A stretch of DNA of 32,767 bases from a virus, in IMG/VR virus record IMGVR_UViG_3300029999_000001, positions 67,557 to 100,323 of that record, one strand, 5' to 3'. The number at the start of each line of letters is the position of its first letter. Positions within the stretch are counted from its first letter, which is position 1. Positions 1 through 8,622 of this stretch are shown here, piece by piece. The notes under the pieces were generated by a model. The model made no database searches, had not been told where the DNA came from, and worked only from the letters and a program-made list of their open reading frames with translations. A program made the position numbers and the translations under genes.

Positions 1-178
1 TGTCGTACGGCCAGTTCCCCGCGGGACTGGCCATCGCTTTCGCCAGCCATGAGGCGTTCCGGCCCGGGGCGTTCAGCGACAGGACGGCCATCGCGGCGCG
101 GTCAAGCTGCCAGGACCGGAACGCGAGCCGCGTCTGCGGGAAGTCAGGGACGGCTTTCCCCGTACTGCCGCCGCTCAC
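1..178 (-). CDS. hypothetical protein, truncated by window start (VSGGSTGKAVPDFPQTRLAFRSWQLD...)
   Basis: Manually translated; GTG at 178 overlaps the TGA of the upstream 38-aa ORF (GTGA); frame open to base 1. Confidence 0.6.
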   Translation of the reverse strand, partial: MSGGSTGKAVPDFPQTRLAFRSWQLDRAAMAVLSLNAPGRNASWLAKAMASPAGNWPYD

Positions 179-291
179 GCCGGCACCTTCTCCGGGGTAG
201 CGGGCTCCGTGGCCGGGGTGCCGGCGGGAATCTGGTCCGGGTGTACGGGCATGGGCACCTCGATCGGGTCACCTTCAGGGCCAATCTCCAT
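175..291 (-). CDS. 38-aa Pro/Glu-rich peptide MEIGPEGDPIEVPMPVHPDQIPAGTPATEPATPEKVPA
   Basis: Strong RBS GAGGAGG upstream; stop overlaps next start; below the ORF-track cutoff. Confidence 0.65.
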   Translation of the reverse strand: MEIGPEGDPIEVPMPVHPDQIPAGTPATEPATPEKVPA

Positions 292-319
292 CACTGCCTC
301 CTCAGCAGGGGTTACCGGG

Positions 320-1642
320 TTACGGGAAAAGGGTCATCTGGGGTGCGATCAGCCGGTACTCCTCACGGGGCCGGCCGGAAGTCTCGACCTTCCGCCGCTC
401 GATCAGCCGCCTGGCGGTGAGCTCGGCCAGCGCCGCTTCCATGTCGGCGGCCGGGATGTTGCTGCGCAGCACACCGGAGCCGATCTCATCCCGGGATGTC
501 CATTCGGGGTACTGGCCGTGCAGGTGCCGGACGATCTTCGCGGTGTGCGATGGGTTCACCCGCGGTGGCAGCTGCGCGACGGGGACACTGAACACGACCT
601 CCGCGGACTGCGCGCAGTACGACAGCAGCGCCAGCGCCGCCTCCGTGTGGTCCGGGCCGATCACCGGGGACATGTCCGCGAGCGCATAAGCGGCGGCGAG
701 GCGGATCACCTGCGACTCAGCGCGGCTGTGCAGGCTGCGGAATCCTTCGCTGGCGTGCGGGAGGCGCGCTTTCACCGCGGTCCCCCACGCGCCGATCACG
801 CCGTCGTCTACCGGCAGCGCTGTGCGCGGCTGGATACCCCGCAACGTCAGCAGGTACCTGCTGACCGGGTCGGTGTGGTTCATCACCGCCTCACGGGACG
901 CTTCCAGCACCATCCGGACCCGGGCAGCGAGCGGGCCGTGGCCGGGGGTGTCCGCGAACGGGCTGATGTCCTTCACCGGGGCCGTGTAGACGTACAGGAT
1001 GCGTGACTCCAGTCCCCCGGCCTGAGACAGCCGCTTGTGGTGCCGGAGCAGTTCCTCCGGGGTGATCATCGCCAGCAGGGAAATGTGGGCGCGGGACGCC
1101 CGGCGGGTGAACTTGGTCGTCGTCCGCTGCAGCGTCCGGCCGTCCCAGGCGTTCCGCAGCTGGGCGGACAGGGTGCCGGTCCGGGCCATCGTCTCCACCA
1201 GGCGGCCGAACTCGGTTTCCACGATCAGCACCCGGCAGTCATGGGAGTGGTCGTCGGCTACCTTGTCGATCATCGCCTCCGCGGACTGGAGGCCGTACAG
1301 CACCCGGTCGGTAGCCCAGTCTGGGTCCGCTTCGGTGAACAGCTTCTCCACCGCGGCGAGCGCTGTCCCTTTCCGGCCCGTCGCCGCATCCCCGACCAGG
1401 ACCGCGAACAGGCGGGCGGGATGCTCAGCGCCACCGAACCGGGCGTGCGGCTGCGGGCCCGCCGCATTCCCCAGTAGCGCCAGGAACGTCACCAGGACCG
1501 CGGCAGGGTCCGCACCCGACGCCTCCGAGAGGGTGGTGGCGACCTCCCCGGGCAGGCCACACAAGGCTGCTGGGGGAAGCTGGGGGCGCAGGAACGCGGC
1601 CAGCGGCGGAACCGGGGCGGCCTGATCCTCGATGGTGGTCAT
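320..1642 (-). CDS. DUF3987/YfjI-like P-loop protein (primase/helicase-associated)
   Basis: LVGDAATGRKGTA P-loop-like motif, LRNAWDG, GGLESRIL, C-terminal wHTH-like region; ATGA coupling. Confidence 0.75.
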   Translation of the reverse strand: MTTIEDQAAPVPPLAAFLRPQLPPAALCGLPGEVATTLSEASGADPAAVLVTFLALLGNAAGPQPHARFGGAEHPARLFAVLVGDAATGRKGTALAAVEKLFTEADPDWATDRVLYGLQSAEAMIDKVADDHSHDCRVLIVETEFGRLVETMARTGTLSAQLRNAWDGRTLQRTTTKFTRRASRAHISLLAMITPEELLRHHKRLSQAGGLESRILYVYTAPVKDISPFADTPGHGPLAARVRMVLEASREAVMNHTDPVSRYLLTLRGIQPRTALPVDDGVIGAWGTAVKARLPHASEGFRSLHSRAESQVIRLAAAYALADMSPVIGPDHTEAALALLSYCAQSAEVVFSVPVAQLPPRVNPSHTAKIVRHLHGQYPEWTSRDEIGSGVLRSNIPAADMEAALAELTARRLIERRKVETSGRPREEYRLIAPQMTLFP

Positions 1643-2040
1643 GCCGTACCACCCAGCAGGACGCAGGTGATGGCCTCATAGGTGGAGCACGGCCAGTCCG
1701 GCTCACCCTCGCACTCGGCGCAGACCGCCCCCCTGGGCTGGTCCAGGCAGAGCCAGTCACCGGAATCCGACTCGAAGTGCCGGCCGTCATCGCCGATCGC
1801 GTCGTAGTCGTGGCCGCACCAGGGCTTCAGGTCACCGGCGCCGTGACCGGAGGCGAGCAGCGCAATCCCGTAGACCGGCTGCCGCTGGTGCAGCTTCAGC
1901 ACCTCATCCAGCGCGGCCAGCAGGCGGGGAGCATGGATCTCCATGACCCGGTGCGGATACACCGCTCTATCGCTCAGGTCGGCGCGGATCTCGTTCAGGG
2001 CTGCGGTCAGTTCGTCGGGCTTGGTTTCGGTGGTGTTCAC
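1639..2040 (-). CDS. hypothetical phage protein (CAEC...WPCST motif)
   Basis: RBS GAGGAG, coupled stop/start; Cys motif typical of actinophage small proteins. Confidence 0.7.
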   Translation of the reverse strand: MNTTETKPDELTAALNEIRADLSDRAVYPHRVMEIHAPRLLAALDEVLKLHQRQPVYGIALLASGHGAGDLKPWCGHDYDAIGDDGRHFESDSGDWLCLDQPRGAVCAECEGEPDWPCSTYEAITCVLLGGTA

Positions 2041-2043
2041 GGG

Positions 2044-2059
2044 GGTCTCCTCGGGGGAT
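2044..2059. repeat. 16-bp direct repeat copy 1 (GGTCTCCTCGGGGGAT)
   Basis: Exact match to 3881-3896; contains the RBS GAGGAG on the minus strand. Confidence 0.85.
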
Positions 2060-2108
2060 TACCTGCCGGGCCCCCGTACCTGCTGGGAACCCGGCGATGG
2101 CGGGGTTT

Positions 2109-2531
2109 TCAGTCGGCGACCAGGCGTTCCTCATCGGCCTGCTCACGCTGACGGCGGACCACGTACGTGCCGGGCCCGAACGCCTGCAAACCGTGCTCGG
2201 CGTCCCGGGACAGCGCCGACACTGGCGTGCCGTCACCGTGAGCGAGATAGCCGACCTCACCCTCCGGGACGGTGACCGTGCCGACGGTCTGCGCACCCTC
2301 ACGGCCCGGCGCCCACAGCACGCGGCCCAGGAGCAGATGCACGTGGCCGCCCTGCCCGCGGACCAATTCCGCGCCGCAGGCCGGGAGCGGTCCGGCCGCG
2401 TCCGGGACGAGACCGTCAGCGGGCAGGATCAGCACATCCCCCTGCGGCAGCGGCTTCCCGGTGATCACGGGCACATCGGCGTCAGCGGTGAGCGCGTCAA
2501 GAACCGCGTCAGCGGTCATGGTGATGGTCAT
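2109..2531 (-). CDS. conserved hypothetical partner of DUF6745 (QGDV / GHxH / EH / PGTYVVRRQRE motifs)
   Basis: RBS GGAAGGA before ATG 2531; motif set I recognise as the usual neighbour of DUF6745. Confidence 0.75.
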   Translation of the reverse strand: MTITMTADAVLDALTADADVPVITGKPLPQGDVLILPADGLVPDAAGPLPACGAELVRGQGGHVHLLLGRVLWAPGREGAQTVGTVTVPEGEVGYLAHGDGTPVSALSRDAEHGLQAFGPGTYVVRRQREQADEERLVAD

Positions 2532-2548
2532 GGCTGTTTCCTTCCGGT

Positions 2549-3877
2549 TCAGGTCCGGCGCGCGATCTGCGCGTAGACCTCGGGAGTAACCCGGACGGGA
2601 CTGTCCGGGTCGTCGTAGCCCCACGCCGCAGCAGCGCGGGGGGTCTTGGTGTCAGGGCCCGCGGCGGCTGTTATGCCGAACCTGCGGCGGTTGCCGTCAA
2701 GTTCGGCGGTGCCGTTCCATGCCAGGAGCAGGCGGATACGGGAACCCCACAGCCGCTCAGGTACGTCATAGAGCTCGATGTCGAAGCCCGGATTGCCCGG
2801 ATCCGGTTCCGTGCCGATCAGCTGAAGTTCCGCATCGCTGACGAACTTCTCCCAGCCGAGTGATTCGATCGCGCAGCGGCGGACCTCCACGTTCTCCTCA
2901 CCTGCGATCCGCTCCACCGCCGGCTCTTCAACCACCCAGGCGGGGACCTGGCGCCCATGCCAGGAGTAGACGGGCCAGCCGTCACGGAACCTCATCGCCG
3001 GCCCATCGGCGGAATGCAAGCGGACCGTTCCCCGTGCCGCGTCCCATGTCTCGGTCTTCACAAGCGCGGGGCGTTCGGAGATCACGCAGACGTTGCCGTA
3101 AGGCCACCACCAGCCGCATGACCGGGCCAGCGCAGCCCACAGGCCCAGCCGGGCGTTAACCTCATTGCTGTAGGTGACGAGGTCAAGGCGCCGCGGCACG
3201 TCGTAGAACGCGATCCAGCTCGCTTCGTGCTGGCCCCAGAACCGTTGATAGAGGCTGGCCCCGAGGCTGTCCCTGAGGCTGTCCCTGAGGCTGGCCCCGA
3301 GGCTGGCCCCGAGGCTGTCCCTGAGGCTGTCCCAGAGGCTGTCCCAGAGGCTGTCCCAGAGGCTGGCCCCGAGGCTGGCCCCGAGGCTGTCATAGAGGCT
3401 GTCCCAGAGGCTGTCCCAGAGGCTGTCCCCGAGGCTGGCCCCGAGGCTGTCATAGAGGCTGTCCCTGAGGCTGTCCCAGAGGCTGGCCCCGAGGCTGGCC
3501 CCGAGGCTGTCCCCGAGGCTGGCCCCGAGGCTGTCATAGAGGCTGTCCCTGAGGCTGTCCCTGAGGCTGTCCCTGAGGCTGGCCCTGAGGCTGTCCCTGA
3601 GGCTGTCCCTGAGGCTGGCCCCGAGGCTGGCCCCGAGGCTGTCCCCGGCTTTGCCCGACAGCAGCCAGATCGCCAGCGATGCCGTCGCAGGCGAATCAGT
3701 CCAGACGAACTGGGGTGCCGGCTTGCCCATCAGCCGGTACATCTCCGTGATTGCTGCCTCAGATGCTGCACGGTCAGCGGGCTCACAGCAGGTACCAGCG
3801 GCCAGCCATTCGCTGCGGAGACGGTGAACCTCAGCCCATTGGGCTTCGGTGAGTTCGTTGATCCTTGTCGTGGTCAT
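2549..3877 (-). CDS. DUF6745 domain protein with central tetrapeptide repeats
   Basis: WGQHE..W, SCGWWWPY..VCVISERP, RLHSADGPA..F.DGW..Y.WHG, ENVEVRR motifs; RBS GAGGAG before ATG 3877. Confidence 0.85.
   Translation of the reverse strand: MTTTRINELTEAQWAEVHRLRSEWLAAGTCCEPADRAASEAAITEMYRLMGKPAPQFVWTDSPATASLAIWLLSGKAGDSLGASLGASLRDSLRDSLRASLRDSLRDSLRDSLYDSLGASLGDSLGASLGASLWDSLRDSLYDSLGASLGDSLWDSLWDSLYDSLGASLGASLWDSLWDSLWDSLRDSLGASLGASLRDSLRDSLGASLYQRFWGQHEASWIAFYDVPRRLDLVTYSNEVNARLGLWAALARSCGWWWPYGNVCVISERPALVKTETWDAARGTVRLHSADGPAMRFRDGWPVYSWHGRQVPAWVVEEPAVERIAGEENVEVRRCAIESLGWEKFVSDAELQLIGTEPDPGNPGFDIELYDVPERLWGSRIRLLLAWNGTAELDGNRRRFGITAAAGPDTKTPRAAAAWGYDDPDSPVRVTPEVYAQIARRT
3251..3646 (-). 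repeat. 33 x 12-bp in-frame tandem repeat NNN-G(A/C)C-AGC-CTC encoding [G/R/W/Y][A/D]SL
   Basis: Counted directly: 396 bp, AGC CTC invariant. Confidence 0.95.
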
Positions 3878-3880
3878 TCC

Positions 3881-3896
3881 GGTCTCCTCGGGGGAT
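3881..3896. repeat. 16-bp direct repeat copy 2 (GGTCTCCTCGGGGGAT)
   Basis: Exact match to 2044-2059. Confidence 0.85.
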
Positions 3897-3906
3897 ACGG
3901 GCGGGA

Positions 3907-4656
3907 TCATGAGGCTTCAAGGGTCATCTGGGAGAGGCGGCGCGCGGCGGCCTCGGCGTAGGGCTCGTGCCGCTCAACCCCGATGGCACGCCGCCCGGCG
4001 CAGCGGGCAGCGTCGAGGGTGCTGCCGCTCCCGGCGAAGGGATCGACAACGAGGCCGCCTGGCTGGCAGGCATAGCCGATCAGAGGGTCGAGCAGCTCAA
4101 TGGGCTTCTGAGTCGGATGAATGGGGTTGCGCCGCCACATGTTCGGGATGCGGAGAACGGTCCGGGTGAGCCGTGTCCCGTCGTCTTGCCATGACCGGCT
4201 GCCGATGGCTCCGGTGTGGGTCGGCTGCGCCCGTCCCGAGTTGGCAGCTGTCCGCCATGCCACTGTCGTAGGCGGTGTCTCGTGCCGGAAGCTGGCCCAG
4301 TCGCCCCGGTACCAGTGCGTGACCTGCTCATGAACGCGCTTGAAGCGGTCGCTGGCAAACCCGGAGCCGTTTTGCTTTTCCCAGATCAGATCCTGGCTCA
4401 GCTTCCAGCCTGCAAACTCGTCGCGGCGATCCAGGTACATCCGCAGCGAGCCAAAACACCAGAGCGACCGTGCGACGCCCGCAGCCACGTCAAGCCAGCC
4501 ATCTGGCCAGCGGTCCCACGCTAGCGAGGTCTCCCCGTACGGCGGGTCAGCCACGATGCAGTCCGCAGTGATCCCGAGCGCAGGGAGCACCTCGCGGCAG
4601 TCACCCACGTAGAGCGAAACCATCTCATCCTGGTAGTACGCCTTCGGCCCGCTCAC
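3907..4656 (-). CDS. orphan N6-adenine/N4-cytosine DNA methyltransferase, beta class
   Basis: DPPY precedes HPTQKP and DPFAGSGST; GTG start at 4656 overlaps upstream TGA. Confidence 0.92.
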   Translation of the reverse strand: MSGPKAYYQDEMVSLYVGDCREVLPALGITADCIVADPPYGETSLAWDRWPDGWLDVAAGVARSLWCFGSLRMYLDRRDEFAGWKLSQDLIWEKQNGSGFASDRFKRVHEQVTHWYRGDWASFRHETPPTTVAWRTAANSGRAQPTHTGAIGSRSWQDDGTRLTRTVLRIPNMWRRNPIHPTQKPIELLDPLIGYACQPGGLVVDPFAGSGSTLDAARCAGRRAIGVERHEPYAEAAARRLSQMTLEAS

Positions 4657-4862
4657 GCTGCTGCCTCCACCCGCTCGAGCGGCCATCCCGGCGCCACCCC
4701 GTCAAACCGGTTCTCCCACTCCCGTCCGCACGGGCACCGGTACTCAGCCCGGAGGGAACCGTGATCATTGGGAGTGACCGTGTGCGGGAGGACGGCGGGG
4801 AGGTCGCCGGGGAAATGGGTCAGGGCCTGGCAGGCGGCGCGAAGGTCCGGGAGGGGGCTCAT
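4653..4862 (-). CDS. small hypothetical protein (YRCPCGREW)
   Basis: Coupled at both ends. Confidence 0.6.
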   Translation of the reverse strand: MSPLPDLRAACQALTHFPGDLPAVLPHTVTPNDHGSLRAEYRCPCGREWENRFDGVAPGWPLERVEAAA

Positions 4863-5086
4863 GCGGGGCATCCGTCAAACATCGCCTGCCACCTCGCGGT
4901 CACCTTGGGCGGTCCAGCGTCGAAGCTTTTGCCACAGTTCCCGCAGGACATGTAGTGGATCTCTGGGCATCCGTGATCCTCGGTGGCCTCCGGGAACACG
5001 ACCTCATACGGGCCGTGATCCTGGTTGTGTTCCGTGCTGCCGCAGACCGGGCACTCGACGCCCGTGTACACCTCGTAGAGCCTCAT
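4859..5086 (-). CDS. small Zn-ribbon protein (CPVC...CGNC)
   Basis: Two CxxC motifs; ATGA coupling. Confidence 0.65.
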   Translation of the reverse strand: MRLYEVYTGVECPVCGSTEHNQDHGPYEVVFPEATEDHGCPEIHYMSCGNCGKSFDAGPPKVTARWQAMFDGCPA

Positions 5087-5496
5087 GCCGCCTCCCTTGC
5101 GGTCGCGCGGATGCGGGTCGGCTCGCCTTCGCCGCCGAGCTCACGGAGCAGGTTGTCCCAGTCCGACAGCGGGAACCAGTTCTTCTCCATCAGGTGCGCC
5201 GTCCAGCGGCACAGGGCCGGCCACGTGGCGATCCGGGGGCCGTCGATCTCGTAGCAGCTCTCGTCGTGGTCGGTGCGGCACTTGTCGTGCGCGGTCCGCC
5301 AGTGGACGTCGCGCGGTGCGGTCAGGAACTCCACGATGTCAACCCCCGCGTTGTGGAGACTTTCGCCGTGACGTTCCTGCCAAGCCCGGTCCGCGGCCTG
5401 CACGTCGTTGATGTCGCCGATGCGGACGTAGATGCTGCCGGTGTCACCCGTGATCGGGAACGTGCACGTCTCGCAGATCAGGGTCAGGTCACTCAT
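5083..5496 (-). CDS. hypothetical phage protein (CETC...H..C...HLMEKNW)
   Basis: Coupled ORF, high GC3. Confidence 0.7.
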   Translation of the reverse strand: MSDLTLICETCTFPITGDTGSIYVRIGDINDVQAADRAWQERHGESLHNAGVDIVEFLTAPRDVHWRTAHDKCRTDHDESCYEIDGPRIATWPALCRWTAHLMEKNWFPLSDWDNLLRELGGEGEPTRIRATAREAA

Positions 5497-6866
5497 GCCG
5501 TACCGCCAACCACCGTTGAGGGCGTCCAGCCCTGACCGGTCTCATAGTTCTCGCGTGCCTGGGAGACGATGCGCCCGTAGTGGCCCTGGAACTGCAAGGT
5601 CACGGTCGTCAGCGGGCCCTGCCGGTTCTTCGCGACGATCACGTCCAGTTCGCCGGCCCGCGCGGATTCCCGCTCGTAGTAGTCCTCGCGGTGCAGCAGC
5701 AGCACCACGTCAGCGGCCTGCTCGATCTCGCCGCTCTCCCGCAGATCGGACAGGCCCGGGATCTTGTCAGTCCGGTGCTCGGATGCTCGTTTCAGCTGGG
5801 CGAGCAGCACCACCGGGATGCCGAACTCGCGGGCCAGATGCTTGCAGCCCCGGGCCAGTTCCGCGACGGCATTCTGCCGGTTCTCGGCTTTCGGTTCCTT
5901 GAACAAGCCGAGGTAGTCGGCGATGTACATCCGGGCCGGGTTGCCGCTGCGCTCCATACCGCGAAGCCGGGCCCGGGCGTGAGGGAGTGACACATGGTCC
6001 TGGTCGTCAACGATCAGCGCGGACCCGGTGAGGTGGTCGTGGGCGCGGTTGATGCGGTCCCATTCCCCGTCGCTGAGGTTGTGCCGTACGAGGGAGTCCA
6101 GTTGCACGGTCGCGGTGGCGGCCATGCGGCGGAGCATCAGTTCCCCGGCGGTCATCTCCATGCTGGAGAACAGCACCGGCAGGCCCAGCCGGGTCGACAT
6201 GTGCTCAGCGATGCCCCCGGCGATCAGGGTTTTCCCCATCCCGGGCCGGGCTCCGATCACCGTGAGCGTGCCGGGCCGCAGCCCGCCGAGCACGTCGTCC
6301 AGGTCCGAGTAGCCCGTGCGCAGGCCCGGCTCGATGCCGCGCTCAAGCTGGTCGATGACGTCAGTGAGGACCTCAGCCTGCGTGCGGAGTTCCGCCTTGG
6401 CGGGCCCGGCGGTGGCGTCCCCGATCAGCTTGAGGATCACGTCGCCGCCGTCGTCCGTGTCGAACTCCGGGCTAGATGCGATCTGCAGGGCGCTGGTGAG
6501 CGCGGCAAGGGTGCGGCGCTGCCGGGCGGCCCGCAACACAGTCTGAGCGTGCGCGGCGTACGAGGGAGTCGCGCATTCCATCAGGCCGGCGAGGATCACC
6601 CCGGCCTGCCCGCTGCGCCACACGCCCTGCTCGGCGGCGACGAGGTGCCGCAGCACCGATGGGACATCACACGGCTCGCCGGTCTCGGTGAGGTACCGGA
6701 CGGCGGCGTACACGGCCTGGTGGATAGCGCTGGCGAAGCAGTCGTCCCGGTCAAGGATCGCGGCGACGGCTTCAGCGGCGGTCCGGGACGTGATGATGGT
6801 TCCGAGCACGCCCCGCTCGGCGGCCTCGACGTCCGGGGTGCGGCCTGGGCCTGGTGTCTCGCTCAT
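5493..6866 (-). CDS. dnaB: replicative DNA helicase, DnaB family
   Basis: N-terminal AERGVLG...HQAVY, Walker A GARPGMGKT, SMEM, DYL, LAQL, DLRESGEIEQAAD, KNRQGP. Confidence 0.95.
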   Translation of the reverse strand: MSETPGPGRTPDVEAAERGVLGTIITSRTAAEAVAAILDRDDCFASAIHQAVYAAVRYLTETGEPCDVPSVLRHLVAAEQGVWRSGQAGVILAGLMECATPSYAAHAQTVLRAARQRRTLAALTSALQIASSPEFDTDDGGDVILKLIGDATAGPAKAELRTQAEVLTDVIDQLERGIEPGLRTGYSDLDDVLGGLRPGTLTVIGARPGMGKTLIAGGIAEHMSTRLGLPVLFSSMEMTAGELMLRRMAATATVQLDSLVRHNLSDGEWDRINRAHDHLTGSALIVDDQDHVSLPHARARLRGMERSGNPARMYIADYLGLFKEPKAENRQNAVAELARGCKHLAREFGIPVVLLAQLKRASEHRTDKIPGLSDLRESGEIEQAADVVLLLHREDYYERESARAGELDVIVAKNRQGPLTTVTLQFQGHYGRIVSQARENYETGQGWTPSTVVGGTA

Positions 6867-7249
6867 GATCCCTCGATCTCAAGTCGCGGCGTGCCGGTGA
6901 CCGCACGCATCGCCGCTTCAGGGTCGCGCCCGTCGGCGACGGCGACCGTCGCGGCGTGCAGGGCTGCGCGATAGGTGTCGCGGTCGCCGTTGGCTATCTC
7001 GGGCGGCGGCGCGGGGATCTCGGCGCGGGCGATGCGCTCGTCGCGGATCTTCCGGACACACTGACGGACATGGGCCGGCATGATCCACTCGGTGCTGTCG
7101 GTGTAGTGGCTGATCACAGCCGTCTCACAGTCGTGGTAAGGCAAGTCGCCGAGGGCCTGAAGCCAGGCGATCACATCGGCCTCGCCAATCTTGCGGCGGT
7201 CGTAGCTGGCGCACTTGGCCAGCAGGCGCCCGGTCTCTTCGGCGTTCAC
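6863..7249 (-). CDS. putative helicase loader/inhibitor (G39P-like)
   Basis: LA..A.YD.R...W...L.DL.Y.D...AV..HY...IMPAHV pattern; located between initiator and DnaB. Confidence 0.65.
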   Translation of the reverse strand: MNAEETGRLLAKCASYDRRKIGEADVIAWLQALGDLPYHDCETAVISHYTDSTEWIMPAHVRQCVRKIRDERIARAEIPAPPPEIANGDRDTYRAALHAATVAVADGRDPEAAMRAVTGTPRLEIEGS

Positions 7250-8145
7250 GCGACGTCTCCGTTCTGGTCCATGTACGCCTGCACGCGGAGCCCGGCCTCG
7301 ATGCCCTCGCGGGCGCGCTGGTTGGTGGTTGATTCGCGCGATGGCCCGTTGCCGCTTACTCCCGCCTTCGCGCGAGCCCTGGCCCTGGCGTCGGCGTTCT
7401 GGACGTTTTCGGCGAAGCTGGTGAAGGTGGCCGCGTTCTGCCCCGACAGGAACCAGTCGGCGAGGCCTTGCCGGATGTGCTTGTCGGGGACGCCCTGGGC
7501 GAGCAGTTCGCCGATCTGGCTGGCGAGGCGGCCGATGGTCTGCCGGGTTAGGTTGCCCTCTTGCTCACGCACCCAGTCGATGAAGGCAGCGAGGATGGTC
7601 TGTGTCGTGGGAGCTTCAGCGACCGCGACCGTAGGTAGTTCTTCTGAGGGTTGCTCTTGTGAGGGGATAGTGAGGGGTAGCGAGCCTGTTTCCGCAGGTT
7701 GTGGACTCGGGTCCGCACCCTTTCTTGCCGATTCCGCACCCTTTCTCTTCGATTCCGCACCCTTTACCTCGGGTTTAGGGTGCGGCTTGGGCGCACTCTT
7801 TCCGGGGTCCTCAGGGTGCGCCTTGGCCGCACCCTCAACCTCTGCTTTAGGGTGCGTCTTGAGCGCACTCTTTACGTCGTCTGCAAGGGGCAGCAGAACG
7901 AACCGCGCGGGACCGCTGCGGTTGCCTCCGCCGTCGCGCTTGAGAACGCCCTCGGTGACCAGCTCATCGGAGATGTGCGACACGCGGCTGGGCGACCTGC
8001 CGGTGCGATGCGACAGCACCCCGCGCGTCGGCCAGCCGGTGCGCGTCCTGTCATTCGCCTTCTCGGCCCACGCCACCAGCCATAGCTTCCGGGCGTCGGG
8101 ACCGTGGTAGTGGTCGAGGACCTCAACCACCAGCTTCATCCCCAT
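7246..8145 (-). CDS. phage-type replication initiator (N-terminal wHTH, iteron-bearing linker)
   Basis: N-terminus LVAWAEKAND....WP....L...TG.S...V......L...G.L; lambda O-like position upstream of loader and DnaB; likely start ATG 8145 after AGGTGGG. Confidence 0.7.
   Translation of the reverse strand: MGMKLVVEVLDHYHGPDARKLWLVAWAEKANDRTRTGWPTRGVLSHRTGRSPSRVSHISDELVTEGVLKRDGGGNRSGPARFVLLPLADDVKSALKTHPKAEVEGAAKAHPEDPGKSAPKPHPKPEVKGAESKRKGAESARKGADPSPQPAETGSLPLTIPSQEQPSEELPTVAVAEAPTTQTILAAFIDWVREQEGNLTRQTIGRLASQIGELLAQGVPDKHIRQGLADWFLSGQNAATFTSFAENVQNADARARARAKAGVSGNGPSRESTTNQRAREGIEAGLRVQAYMDQNGDVA
7712..7873. repeat. iteron-like array, candidate replication origin
   Basis: TCCGCACCCTTT at 7712, 7733 and 7754 (21-bp period); AGGGTGCG-N7-CGCACYCT palindromes at 7777, 7813 and 7849 (36-bp period). 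Confidence 0.75.
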
Positions 8146-8388
8146 CACCCCACCTGGCCTGCGGGACGCGCGCCATGACGGGACTTGGAGTGACCCCAAA
8201 CCCAGATCGTGACGCTGATGGCCACCCGCGGCCGTCCTTCCGCTCATGTGTCGATGGACCCCTGTCTTACGCCGCCTCAAACTTTTCTCTACGTTATACC
8301 CTAACGGAGAACGGTGTGTAAGATAGTAGCGGACACCATCGGGAAGGATGCAATGGCTACACCGGAATGCTGTGTCATGATGGACTTC

Positions 8389-8622
8389 ATGAGCGCCGAG
8401 ACGGAGGCACGCCTGACGAGGGCCTCGCGCACCTATGCGCGCCTCAGGCCGCAGTGGCGTGATGCCGTCAGGGAGCTGCACGAGGCGATCATTGCCGAGC
8501 GCCAGGAAGGCGCGAAGATCGAGGACATCACGGCGCGTGTGCCGGTACGGCAGACGCAGGTGAACCGCATCCTCAAGGCGGCCGGACTGGTGGAGGAGCG
8601 GAAAGGCCCGGCTGAGCCCTAG
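8389..8622 (+). CDS. small HTH-like DNA-binding protein, antisense to the operon
   Basis: GAKIEDITARVPVRQTQVNRILK HTH-like segment; high GC3 on plus strand; TGtCATGAT 7 nt before ATG. Confidence 0.65.
   Translation: MSAETEARLTRASRTYARLRPQWRDAVRELHEAIIAERQEGAKIEDITARVPVRQTQVNRILKAAGLVEERKGPAEP

Noticed and set aside
3251-3646. CRISPR array or DGR variable region
   Set aside because: Units are 12 bp, contiguous, in frame and have no spacers; no cas gene, reverse transcriptase or template repeat in the window.
3082-3961. Alternative-frame repeat ORFs (ASGT/ASGP; EAVP/EAGP)
   Set aside because: By-products of a stop-free 12-bp repeat; only the DUF6745 frame has conserved flanking domains and an RBS.
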